Origin: Naegleria gruberi
Lineage: Eukaryota
DNA: 64,000 nucleotides
Strand: one strand, 5' to 3'
Assembly (NCBI GenBank): GCA_000004985.1
Contig: GG738848.1
The position numbers and the translations under genes were made by a program. Below the pieces are notes generated by a model. It ran no database searches and was not told the DNA's origin. It saw nothing but the letters and a program-made list of their open reading frames with translations. Numbering within the stretch: the stretch's first letter is position 1; the number at the start of each line of letters is the position of its first letter. This document shows positions 1-11,445 of the stretch, in pieces.

Positions 1-1030
1 TATTAACTGTTGTTAGACTATTCAAGTAGTAGAAGTAGTAATATATATATGATGTTTGATATGGTGTGAGTTAAAAACACAAAGTCCTTCAAAGCAAGAG
101 GCTGAATTCGCCCTCAATGCAATTATTGATGTTTTTTTTAAGTGGCTAATTAAGAATGCACGGATTCTTGTTTAATTTTCGGTGGTAACTGTTTGTGCCC
201 GGTTAACCGAATAATGTCCCAAAATATTCCCAATATTTACTTTTTCAAAACAACTACCAACAGACAATGATGTAATCTGGCAAGATGAAAATTGTCCCTC
301 TTATGATGTCTTACTCACGCTTAATATTTTGCTATTGTGTAATGTTATTTGAGATAGCTTTGAGATTGCAACATCAGAGTGTACAAAAAAAGAAGTGTGA
401 TTCTCTGAAAAAGCAATTCTGTTGGTCATTCAGGGTAATCGTATAATATTGATCCAAATAATAGAAGAGGAGGCATGTTGTAATTGGTAAGCTTAATTTC
501 CATTGAGTATTGTTTGCCAACCAATTTATCCCTACAGACAATTTGGTGAAATTTATGTATTGACAAACATTAAAATTACTTCAACAGGAATTGAGATTAC
601 CTTAAACAAGTCTTGGGCCGCATTGAACAGTATTTACATTTGCATAATGTCCAAAAATCTTATTTGGTCATCATCAAGGAGATTGGTATTAATTTCAAAG
701 AGGAGACAAATTAGAAAGCAATTGCGTATGATAACATTAATTTGTCTCTTGAATTCATTCCGTTTGTACCGAGCGACGAAGATGTAGACAAGGACCTAAA
801 AAGATAATTGTATTCAGAATTGAGGATATATCTATTTTCAAATTATGCCAGATCTTGAGATAAAAATTTTAAGGAAAATTTGGAAATTGTTTGACAAAAC
901 CTCGATACTGCATGTTTGATGGGAAAATCTCAAGACGTGGCATGCATGTATTCTTCAATAGACAATCATTTTTTATTAGAAAAAGACTAAGTAATTTCTC
1001 CATTTTCAAAGATCAACATTGTTTGTAAAT

Positions 1031-2700
1031 TTACAAATTTAAAGTGCCAATCCATAACAAGATAGCACACAACAAGACCATTAGCCCAATTGATTGTCCA
1101 TGACTGTTAGCATCTGATTGTTTTCCTGTACTATTAGATGTGGCAGGACCTGTACAATTACTAGTAGTAGCTCCATTCGTACATTGACAAGCATCTAAGG
1201 AGCTACATTTTCCATTTCCAGAACAAACTGATGCAGAGTTCTTTAACAATCCGAAACAAGTAAATTCTTCACAGTTTCTTCCAAAATATCCAGGAGCACA
1301 AATACATGATTGAGTAACACAAGTTCCATGTCCTGAGCAAACACCAGCATTTGTATATGAAACACCATTACAATACATGGTATCGGAAGTTGCAAGGTAA
1401 TTCCCATTAAGGTTAATTGTTGCATCTGAAATAATATTGCCTGATGGAATTGTGATACTATCGATTTTGTAAGAACCAGAGATGTCAGAAGTGTTTCCAT
1501 TACCGATATTACCATTTTGATTATTACCAAGTGTGTAAATTTCATTGTTATTTGAAATGACCATAATTACTTCATTGGAAGCAAAAACCTTGGAAGGTTT
1601 ACTTCCCAAATATACCAAGGAGGTCAATACAGAACTACCACATGTAGTAGTGGAAGTAATATATTGTCCCAAGTTCATAATCTTGTTTCCGTACAACTGG
1701 GTGAATGTTAGAGAAATTAATTCCAAATTCTTCAACTTACAATAATCTTGGAGGTATTTGTCAACAATAAAATGTGATAGTAAGTTACTGAAATATCAAC
1801 AATTGCTTCCTGAGTTGTGTCAATTGGCAATCCAGTAATCTTTGTTAAGGTTGTAGTACTAAAACAATTGAGCAAAGTTCCCATTACATAAACACTCGAA
1901 TCAGAAGTTAAAACAACTGAAAACTTGGAAGAGGCAGCAACTTTTGTGATAATCTTTCCAGATAAAGGTGTCATGCTCAATAATGTTGGAGTATATACTG
2001 AGCTGGCAAGTGAACTTCCTAGCTCACCATTCTCATTCAATCCAAACCCATAAATATATTGACCAAGAGAATCTTGACAGAACAATAATACATGATCGAA
2101 AATGGAAACCTGTTTCAAATTATCACCTTTACACTTATCTGGAATAACAACCGAAACTGGACTATTCACAACTCCACGACTCGAATTGGTATTTCCATCA
2201 CCCAAACAACCATGCTTGCTATCTCCCCATGAGTATAACATTAAATTACTCTGAGCATCTTTAGTTCCAAGAATTGAACATGCTTTACCATTCTGAACAA
2301 AAGAAACTGTACCAGAAAAATCCATCATTTGTGCAGGGCTGAGTTGTACACTGTAGAAACCATTGCCAGTTGAGAAATTTGGAAGATAGCTCTGATATCC
2401 ATTTCCCATAATTTTGATAATGTTCATATTAGAATCTCTTACAAGCATAAGTGAGGAGTAATACGAAAGACCCTCAACAAATTTTACAGAGGCATAGGTT
2501 TGAGGAAATTGAGAGGTCACAATGCTGCTTGGTGTGGATTGGATAAAATTATTGGCACCACCAATTCCAGATCTAACACCAAGTTGACCCCACATGTCTT
2601 GGCCGAAGGAATAGAGTTGTGTTGCTGCTTTGACATTTGGAAGGGCAAAACAAATCAAAACAACAAGAGGAAGAATGGTAAGTATAAGACTATTAGCCAT
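1031..2700 (-). CDS. Secreted RCC1-repeat (beta-propeller) protein with C-terminal EGF-like Cys-rich modules; probable 2 exons join(2700..1741,1696..1031)
   Basis: ORFs 1732..2700 and 1031..1735 abut in different frames. The N-terminus has a hydrophobic signal-like segment MANSLILTILPLVVLICFALP. RCC1 blade motifs recur: YSFGQDMWGQLG, YSWGDSKHGCLGDG, YGFGLNENGELG. The C-terminal half has EGF-like Cys spacing (CSGHGTC..C.CAPGYFGRNC, CSGNGKC..CQC) and a hydrophobic tail. On the minus strand GTAAGT at 1740 and a CAG acceptor at 1697 define a frame-restoring 44-nt intron. Confidence 0.55.
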
Positions 2701-3819
2701 TATTTTTTGAATTGTTTTCGTGTAAATAAAGCAGCTGTCAAAATGGTTAAATAAAAGTTCATCGAGTTCATCCTTTTTGAATGAAAAGAAAATGTTCTTT
2801 TACAATTTCTTATACAGTGTATGAAATAAATGATATTATCAGTTCAATTTCAAATAGTTTTCATTATCGATCAGAAATTCATCATCCTGTAACACAACCT
2901 GGGCATTCCATAAAATGCATGATAGAATTTGACTCCACCTTGATTAACTAGATCAAAATATCAAATTCCAAATCTACTTTCTAATCGAGTCCAATATGTG
3001 AATATCACAATCCACACATTCCACAATTTACCAAGCACACTATCCACATTATATTCACCAAAAAAAGCCATTTCACTCAGAGGATTCAATCTCCTTCAAT
3101 AATGCCACAAATTCGTCATGTTCTCTAATAAAATCCTCAACTGTAAAATCTAGATTAGTTTCTATTCACCTATTACACTATATTACATAATTCAAAGAAG
3201 AGCACAAGTGCATCAAACTAATATTCAACAATTTAATTATTAGAAATTAATTGTTATTGTTGTAGTATCTGATTAAATTGTGGATTATCCATTCGGAATG
3301 TTGTTTCAGTGCAAGAATACACCTTCTCCTTCCCAGCAGAATTTTCTTCCTCTTTTGTTCTTACATAAACAATTCAATTACAATTTTCAGGGGTAACAGC
3401 AACAAATCAGATTCTTTCATTGAATAATGACGCTTCAATGGTCTTGTTGATGAAGATATGTTGTTACCAACAACAACTCAGTTCTTGAAGGCTTGTGTGA
3501 CGACACTCCAATACAGCTTAAATTGCTCCTCTCTGAGAATATTTTTAATCATCCGATGCATCATCTCCTTCTGGCCACACAACAAGAGGCTTGTTGATGA
3601 TCATTATAAATTTCTTGTTGTTGGATGTTGTTGTTGGCGAGAAGGTGTGTGTTGTGGAGGAATTGATGTGTTGAGAACCTCTTCATCACCAAAAAATAGC
3701 AGGCTTGTTCTACAACATTGTCGGTAGCACTGTGATTGTCGTGTGTGCTCTGAAAACAACTTTGCACAATACAATAATAATAGGAAGTTTATACTTTATA
3801 TTGGATTTTCTTCATCATC

Positions 3820-6800
3820 ATGATGGACTCCACCACAACAATGAATGGAAGTGATGAAGGTAGTACAATAACAATGAATGGAACAATCCATCATCATCAA
3901 AATACCAATGGTATTACTTCTTCATCAACACTAGCAGCAACTAGTAGTGATAATAACAATCATGATACATTAACAAGCACTCTGAATGATGATGCTATTA
4001 TTGAATCCACTCCAATCAAACAAGAAAGCTTTGATGAAAACTTGATGAAACAAAATTCAACAACGAGGCAACTATTGACAAAACCATTGTCTCTGGTTGA
4101 TTATGAATACTTACTCAAATTGGAGACTGACCTTTCCAATCAAGAAGATAACCATCTAGATGAAGGATATTTAAAGGATGCTGCAGAAGATTACGACAAA
4201 TTGGGAGATTACTGTACAAGTTATTTTGAATCGAATAGTTTAGATTTGGAGGTACAAAAACAGTTAATAGCAGAGAATTCAATCGAAACTCTGACAGTAG
4301 AAGAATCTAAAACTTTGGAATCCAAGACAATTTCAAAAACCCTTGAGGAAACATTCAATAGTATTTGTGATGAATATCTTGATATTAATGTGTATGAAGA
4401 GATTTTATCTCAACAATACGAGGAGCAAAATGAAAAGAAGAGAAAGCCATGTGATGGTGTTGCCATTCATACTTGGAAGAATACATTAATAAGAGCAAAT
4501 CAACCAACCTTGTTGGTTTCTTCATCCATGAGAAAAAAGAAGAGAACAAAAAGGGATGAACAAGATAGAGGCAACTTTGAAGTTGCATTCACTGTTCCAA
4601 TGAATGGTTTCAATATTAATAAGGTGGTTGAAAATTTCCAGAATTGCATCAGTTCACACCATCATTTTATAGACAAGGCCACCAATTTGAGAAGTAAGAA
4701 GAGTTGGATTGAAAATATGAATCAAGAACAAACAGAAATCAAAACACAAGTTGAACAATTTTCTAAAGCTCTCATTCATGAAAAGTTGAACGAAACGTTG
4801 AACTCTCAAAAGAGTCACGATACTAGAGCAACAAATGGAACTTCAAAGCCATCTGTAAATATCAAACACTCCAAATTACATCAAATATCCAAAGATGTGG
4901 CTCAAAAGGTAAAGGAAAAACAAACCAAATCAGTAACAGAGCTGGATAATACTGTGGGAGGTATTTCATCTGTACTTTCTGATAGAATGAACTCTTTTTG
5001 GAAGAAACACGAAAAGGAAATATCAGAAAAGAGAAAGAGAAAAAAGAAGGAAGAGGAAGAGAAGGAGGAAGCTGTAAGACAACAAAGAAAGTTAAACTTT
5101 CTCCTCTCTCAAACAGAACTCTACTCTCACTTTATGTCCAAAAAATCAATCACAAGTGCTGTCACTTCTGATGATTCAACAGAAGAGAATGCAGCTCAAT
5201 CAGCTCTTCAGGCATCACAAAGACAAAAGCAATTCACTGAAGATTTTGATAAGGAAATTGAAAAGTACAGAACACAATCATCAATGGAGGATGAAAATAT
5301 AATTGAAGCAGGTGACGAGACCATGCAAGAGCCAAATATTTTCAATGGCTCACTTAAAAAGTACCAGTTGAAGGGTATGAAATGGTTGGTATCTTTGTAC
5401 GAGCAAGGTATCAATGGTATTTTAGCAGAGTAAGTATATTTAACATTGCACTCCTTACTAAGACTAATATTACAATTCTTTATTTTAATGAAAATTTTAA
5501 TAGTGAAATGGGTTTAGGTAAAACAATTCAAACCATTGCATTTATGGCCTATCTGGCTGAAAAGAAGAGTATTTGGGGACCAACCCTTATCATTACTCCT
5601 TCATCTACACTTCACAATTGGCAACAAGAATTTGAAAAATTCTGTCCAACACTTCGAGTATTACCATACTGGGGAGCATTGAAGGAGAGAAAATTGCTCA
5701 GAAAGTACTGGACCAATCCAGATAAGCTCTATCAAAAAGACTCACCATTCCATGTTGTTGTTTCCAGTTATGGTTTAATATTGGAAGATGAAAAGTATTT
5801 CAAAAAAGTCAAGTGGCAATATTTAATTCTAGACGAAGCCCATGCCATTAAATCGAGTAAGAGTTTGAGATGGAAAACACTGTTGAGCATGAAATGTAGA
5901 AATAGAATGCTTTTAACAGGTACTCCTATTCAAAATAACATGAAAGAGTTGTGGGCCTTGCTTCACTTTATCATGCCTTCAATATTCGATTCTCATGACG
6001 AGTTTAATGATTGGTTTTCGAAAGATATTGAATCTCATGCAACAAAGGAACAAGACACCAAACTTAACGAGCAACAATTGGCCAGATTACACATGATTCT
6101 CAAACCTTTCATGTTGAGAAGAGTCAAGAAGGATGTTGAAAGTGAAATGGCACCAAAAACTGAGGTTGTCCTCTCGTGTGGGTTGAGTTCTCTGCAGGGA
6201 GAAACTTACTACCGTATTAAGGACGATTTCAAAAAATCCTCCAAAGATAAGAAGAAGAAGATTGCTGTTGATTCAACAAGCAAGTCAGCACTGATGAATA
6301 TTGTAATGCAACTGAGAAAGGCATGTAACCATACTCATTTATTCAAAGAGTTTAGACAAGACACACTCTCTCCATTCCCATTCACCACGCCAATATCATT
6401 CTTGAAGCACATTCCAGGAAAAATTTATGATGAGTGTGAAAGATTGACCAATCCTATTCAATTCCACCTTCCTAAATTAATTTTTAGGGAGCTGACACCA
6501 CAAGGATCTCTAGAAATGGAATCTAACAGTTTGATGATTTCAAAGAGATTTGACTTTGTTCATGACATTTCATACATGATAGATACGTTTGGAACACTTC
6601 GTTACTTTTTCAAAGATAATTTTTGGAGATTGTACAAACTTAGAAATTTAAAGAATAGAATAGTCGAGTTCAGAGATAGAAAGGGTGGTTTTCAATTTTT
6701 AATGGATGAGTTACTAAGTGAACAATTGAACAACCACCTCGAGAGATGTAATTATCTTATTCAAAATATTGAAATTTTCTACAAATCCAATAGAGATCTC

Positions 6801-7610
6801 CTCAAGAAACTTGGCGAGTGTTGCATTGAAAAAGTTATTGCACCACCAATAGAAGTCAAATGTTCTGATAGAGGTTGTGATTATCAAATGACACCCATTA
6901 AGACTAGGTTCTTTAATAAGAAGTTCTTGTACAATAATCAATTTATTTATGATACCTTTAACACTTCCAGAATATCATTACCGAGTGTTAGCAAACTTAT
7001 TGCCGATTCTGGAAAACTCAAAGTTTTGGATCAATTACTTTCGAAATTGAAACAAGAAGGACATAGAGTTTTAATTTTCTGTCAAATGACAAAAATGATG
7101 GACCTTTTAGAAGAGTACATGTACAAGAGAAGATATACATTCTTTAGATTGGATGGTTCAACAGGAATTTCAGAAAGAAGAGACATGGTAGATGCCTTCC
7201 AAAATCAACGAGTGGATCCAGTTTTTGCATTCCTTCTCTCCACAAAAGCTGGAGGTCTAGGTATTACCTTAACAGCAGCAGATACAGTCATTTTCTATGA
7301 CAGTGATTGGAATCCAACATTGGATGCTCAAGCCATGGATCGTGTCCACAGAATTGGTCAAACTAAGCCAGTTACAATCTATCGTTTAATTACTAAAAAC
7401 TCTGTGGAAGAGAGAATCCTTGCCATTGCCAAGCAAAAGAGTACCATTCAAGAGACAGTCTACAAGGGTCAATTCAAAATGCAAGACAGCAATGAAGAAG
7501 AAGCAGCTGATGAACTTCTCGAAGATGAGGATGCAGTTGAGGCAGCAGTCGTAGTCGATGATGCAGGAGATTTGGATGAGAAGGAAATCATGTCCCTCAT
7601 TCTAGATTAA
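3820..7610 (+). CDS. INO80: INO80-type SNF2-family chromatin-remodeling ATPase; join(3820..5429,5504..7610), about 1239 aa
   Basis: Exon 1 ends GCA GA|GTAAGT and exon 2 starts after TAATAG at 5504. Splicing creates GINGILADEMGLGKT (SNF2 motif I). A DEAH box (LILDEAHAIKSS) is present. A roughly 400-aa insertion separates the two RecA lobes. Helicase-C motifs are present (LIFCQMTKMMD, LLSTKAGGLGITLTAADTVIFYDSDWNP, QAMDRVHRIGQTKPV). A DBINO-like basic region (KKHEKEISEKRKRKKKEEEE...LNFLLSQTELYSHFM) lies in the N-terminal exon. Confidence 0.85.
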
Positions 7611-7846
7611 CCAATCAGCCAACTTGATTGCAACAACCCTCATCATACATGTGTGCATAATTCTTTTCAATAATAATAATTATATTATTACTACTCTATT
7701 CCAATTATCTCCATGATCTCTCTTTGTAAAATAAAAAGAATTATCATTAAAAAAAATAGAGTGAAAGCAAGGGAATTTTTGTTGCCTGTTCTTTTTTGCT
7801 GATCATTATCTTTGTACATATATATATATTTATTGTTGGACATAAC

Positions 7847-8937
7847 ATGTTTTTGGGAAAGGTTGTAATTGCCTTGTTTTTATCATTGTATATAGCTATT
7901 AGAGGGTATCGGAAAAAGAGTTTGGATTTTTCGGGAGCCTTTGCTGCATTGTTTGTTGGATTTGTTTCTGTAGTTGGAGGGTTTTCATGGACTGTGATAT
8001 TACTCTTCTTCTTCTTTTCAAGTTCTGCACTCACCAAATACAAGGCAGATATTAAAAGGAAGAGAGAAGATGGATATAAAGAAGGAGGACAGGTAGGTGT
8101 TTAAATGATGACAATTATTATAATAATTGGTGAAATTACAAATAATAGAGAAATTTTGAGCAAGTAATTGCTAATGGATTCTTTCCAACATTTATTTGTT
8201 TACTATTCCAAGTGGTTAGAATATTCCAATTTGAAAATTTTGAAACAATATTCTGGCAATCACATCAATCAAATCAGCAGGTTGAGTTTTCTAGATTGGA
8301 AGTTCATAGATATTTGTATGGAAATTTCTATTATTTCAATGCTAAGGATTATCCATTGAAGACATTCTTATTGGTCTGCTATTTGTGTTGCTATATTGCA
8401 AATACAAGCGATACTTGGTCATCTGAATATGGAATTTTATCAAAGAAGGAACCAATTTTCATTTTAACATTGAAAAAGACTTTCCATGGTGTAAATGGAG
8501 GTGTCTCATTGAGTGGCTATTTGGCCTCATTGATGTGTGGTATTTCTTATGCTATAATTTGTTTATTAATGATTTGTTTGGATTTCTTTTATGCTAGATT
8601 TTCAGGATTTAATCAAGTTGGAAGTATGTTGGTCGGAAATTCTAATGAGATTCTTCCTTTATTTACTCAATTGGCTGTTGTTCTCAGTTACCAGTATCCA
8701 ATTGTAGTATTATGTATCTTCTCTGCATTATTTGGAACAACTTTGGATTCTGTCTTGGGAGCAATATTTGAATATTCAGGTTTTGATGAGGAAAAAAAGA
8801 TTGTGGTGAAACAACCTGGACCAAATGTTAAAACTATATCTGGCCTTTCATGGCTCAATGGAAATCAAGTGAATTTCCTTTCAGGGTGCATAACAGGACT
8901 TGGTAAGTATTTGATTTTTCATTTCTATGGAGGATAA
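7847..8937 (+). CDS. TMEM19/DUF92-family integral membrane protein; join(7847..8092,8149..8937)
   Basis: ATG at 7847. The donor is CAG|GTAGGT at 8092/8093 and the acceptor AG is at 8148, giving a 56-nt intron. The join ...KEGGQ|RNFEQVIANG... restores the frame. The protein is multi-pass hydrophobic with a DTWSSEYG motif and a GGVSLSGYLASL motif typical of DUF92/TMEM19. A GTAAGT at 8906 may mark a further C-terminal intron, unresolved. Confidence 0.65.
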
Positions 8938-9019
8938 CAATATTGTTAAAGTATCTGGTGTTATATCATTGTGGTTGTTCTACCAATAAATTCATTTCTA
9001 ACTTGATAATTTTATTTAC

Positions 9020-10924
9020 CTATTCTCTTGTGTAACCATTAAGGAATTGAATGAGTTCTTGTTTCTCTTGAGAATATTTGATATCATCCCACTTCAAGTC
9101 ATCCTTCATAATGTCCAAAAGCTTTTCTGGTTCCAATGCAATTCTTAATGGATCATATTTGTACATTTGACATCTAATAGCTACATCCAATGCCTTGATA
9201 CAATTCTCGTGCTTCACCAAATATTTAATTTCACTCTCAATGAATGGCAAGTCTTCCCAAACTTGTTGGTGTCTAAATATTTGCTTATCAGCAACTTGTT
9301 TCACATCTTGTGATAGAACATCCAAGCATCTGTCACCATAGCTGAATTTCAAGTATCTGATAATATCATTAGGAAGGTAAGGATATTTAGACTTCATGGT
9401 TTGAGTCAAGAAGTGAACAAAGTTTTCAGAGCCATAAATTGGTTCAGTATTTTTCATTTCTTTCAAGTCTTTTCCGTAAATATATTTCAATACAGCATGT
9501 GATGAGTAATAATCCTTGGTTTTGTCGATGATTCTCAAAGCATTTTCATATTTCAAACTGATCAATTTGAGCTCATTATCAAATACAAATCTAGAAGAAC
9601 TATAAATATCATTTTTGGTAAAGTCACCTAATCTCAATATTCCCTTCAAGTTTTCCAATTGTTGAGCTGGCAGTGATAATAAGCTGTATCTGTAATGTGA
9701 AATAAATTTTCCATACTGAGTAATGATATTATAGTTGGAAAGCTGTGGAAGAGTGAACAGGTATTCTTCCTTGCATTTGTGTGGATTGAGCCTCTTGAGA
9801 AGTTGTTCATCCTCAGAAGTATTCTCGCAAAATATTACCTTCTTGTACTTGATGGAATATTCCTTTTCGTTTATAATCTTATCTGAAAATGTCAGCAATG
9901 ATTTATCCATATCCACAGATTTGACATTCACATGGTTCAGAGCAATATTTCCAGATGCTGCCGATGTAAGAGCCAAAGAGGAGATAAATCTAGATAAATT
10001 CAGAATACCACTATCATAGTATGTGATACATCTGAAAACATTTCTGGCATCCTTCAAATCTCTAAACAAGTCACTCTCATCCTTTGTTCTTTCTTGGAAC
10101 CTATTCCTCAAAACTCCCAATCTAGCTTCACAATAATTTCTATCATCCAAAATTGTATCCTCCATCCACAAATCCTTTCCATACACAAAATATTCATATC
10201 CCAATAATTTCCACATTTGCTTGTAATACTTGAACTTTTGTGAGTTTCTAAATATTTCTGAATTTCTGTATTCTCTCATTAGGTGAGGAGCTATAGAAAA
10301 CAAGTGATTTCTCTTCTCCAACTTGTCCTTCATTGAATTGTACAAATTTTCATAATGTTTACACTCGATAACATCATTTTCAAAACCTCCAGAGCACTTC
10401 ATCACTTGAGTTTGAAAAAAGTTTGGTAAAAGTCCCTTCAATTCATCACCCTCCAACACATTATGAAAAATCAAATTGGAATTCAATGCCAAATCGTCCC
10501 TCTGTGAAACAAAATCATTAGATGAGAGCAAACAAACTGAATATCCTCTCATCGATGCTTCATAAGCCAACGATGCACCAATCAAACCATCCCCAACAAT
10601 ACACAAATCAAAATCCTCATCCAAATTCTCTACAATTTTAAATTGTTCCTCTCGTGATGGTATTTTCCATATGGCTGTTCGGAATGGAAAGGTTGTATAG
10701 TCAGCACTTGGTAAATCATCAACAGAAAAAGCCTGAATCATCCAAGGCTTTGCTACTACTGCTTGATGTAAATCATCGATGACTTTTTGAATGGATTCAT
10801 GGCCGTATGAGTGAGAAAAGGCTTTTCCTATGAGAAATGTTCCTCCTCCGATCAAAAGACATTTTCCAAGTGTTTTTGATGAGAATGAAGGCTTGCTGAA
10901 AATCTTCCTTCCAAATCTGAACAT
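9020..10924 (-). CDS. FAD-dependent oxidoreductase, divergent glycerol-3-phosphate-dehydrogenase-like, probably mitochondrial; 634 aa single ORF
   Basis: ATG at 10924. The N-terminus is basic and hydroxyl-rich, like a presequence. A Rossmann FAD motif DLCIVGDGLIGASLAYEASMRGYSV is present. RNHLFSIAPHLM resembles the RANLLEIAPHL segment of FAD-dependent GPD. The rest is divergent. Confidence 0.45.
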   Translation of the reverse strand: MFRFGRKIFSKPSFSSKTLGKCLLIGGGTFLIGKAFSHSYGHESIQKVIDDLHQAVVAKPWMIQAFSVDDLPSADYTTFPFRTAIWKIPSREEQFKIVENLDEDFDLCIVGDGLIGASLAYEASMRGYSVCLLSSNDFVSQRDDLALNSNLIFHNVLEGDELKGLLPNFFQTQVMKCSGGFENDVIECKHYENLYNSMKDKLEKRNHLFSIAPHLMREYRNSEIFRNSQKFKYYKQMWKLLGYEYFVYGKDLWMEDTILDDRNYCEARLGVLRNRFQERTKDESDLFRDLKDARNVFRCITYYDSGILNLSRFISSLALTSAASGNIALNHVNVKSVDMDKSLLTFSDKIINEKEYSIKYKKVIFCENTSEDEQLLKRLNPHKCKEEYLFTLPQLSNYNIITQYGKFISHYRYSLLSLPAQQLENLKGILRLGDFTKNDIYSSSRFVFDNELKLISLKYENALRIIDKTKDYYSSHAVLKYIYGKDLKEMKNTEPIYGSENFVHFLTQTMKSKYPYLPNDIIRYLKFSYGDRCLDVLSQDVKQVADKQIFRHQQVWEDLPFIESEIKYLVKHENCIKALDVAIRCQMYKYDPLRIALEPEKLLDIMKDDLKWDDIKYSQEKQELIQFLNGYTRE

Positions 10925-11075
10925 TTTTTTTAATATAATAATTATTTAATATGATTAATAAAATTAAATACTATTCTACTTATTGTCATGTTGTTCTTTT
11001 TTAAATATTACATTTATTGTAATTATGTATTTAATATTAAATTATTAGAGTATATTATATTAATCTTAAAAAAAA

Positions 11076-11426
11076 ATGTCGCAAACAATTACTAAAACTC
11101 AAGTTCAATCCTTGCTCGGAAATTTACCAACCGATCTTGTTTTGCTTGATGTTCGTGAACATTCCGAATATACATCCACAGATTTACCTGCAATTCATAA
11201 TAGTGCTATTAATGTTCCTGTTGCTACTGTAAAGAATGTTTTCGAGTTGAGTGATGAAGAATTTGAGAAACAAGTTGGAAAGAAGAAACCATCAAAGAAT
11301 GATCAAATTGTTACCTATTGTAAATTAGGAGGAAGAGCTCAAAAGGCTGCTGATCAATTGGTTGAATTGGGTTATACAAATGTACATTGTTTTAAGGGAT
11401 CTGCCTCTGAATGGTATTCTAATTAA
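11076..11426 (+). CDS. Single-domain rhodanese/sulfurtransferase, 116 aa
   Basis: ATG at 11076. The active-site Cys loop is IVTYCKLGGRAQKAA. The N-terminus reads LVLLDVREHSEY, typical of rhodanese. Confidence 0.75.
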   Translation: MSQTITKTQVQSLLGNLPTDLVLLDVREHSEYTSTDLPAIHNSAINVPVATVKNVFELSDEEFEKQVGKKKPSKNDQIVTYCKLGGRAQKAADQLVELGYTNVHCFKGSASEWYSN

Positions 11427-11445
11427 ATTAACACGCACTTTTTAT

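Noticed and set aside
503-787. 94-aa ORF in the first kilobase, plus many other 60-120-aa ORFs in the track that overlap or lie antisense to real genes (for example 1243..1545, 4385..4588, 12143..12511, 18405..18740, 34218..34523)
   Set aside because: They are low-complexity and AT-codon-driven with no motifs. Most lie antisense to well-supported genes, and many of their track starts are GTG or TTG rather than ATG.
1697-1740. Reading 1732..2700 and 1031..1735 as two separate small genes
   Set aside because: There is no intergenic space and the RCC1-repeat pattern continues across the boundary. A consensus GTAAGT...CAG 44-nt intron joins them in frame. The unspliced alternative remains possible, which is why confidence is 0.55.
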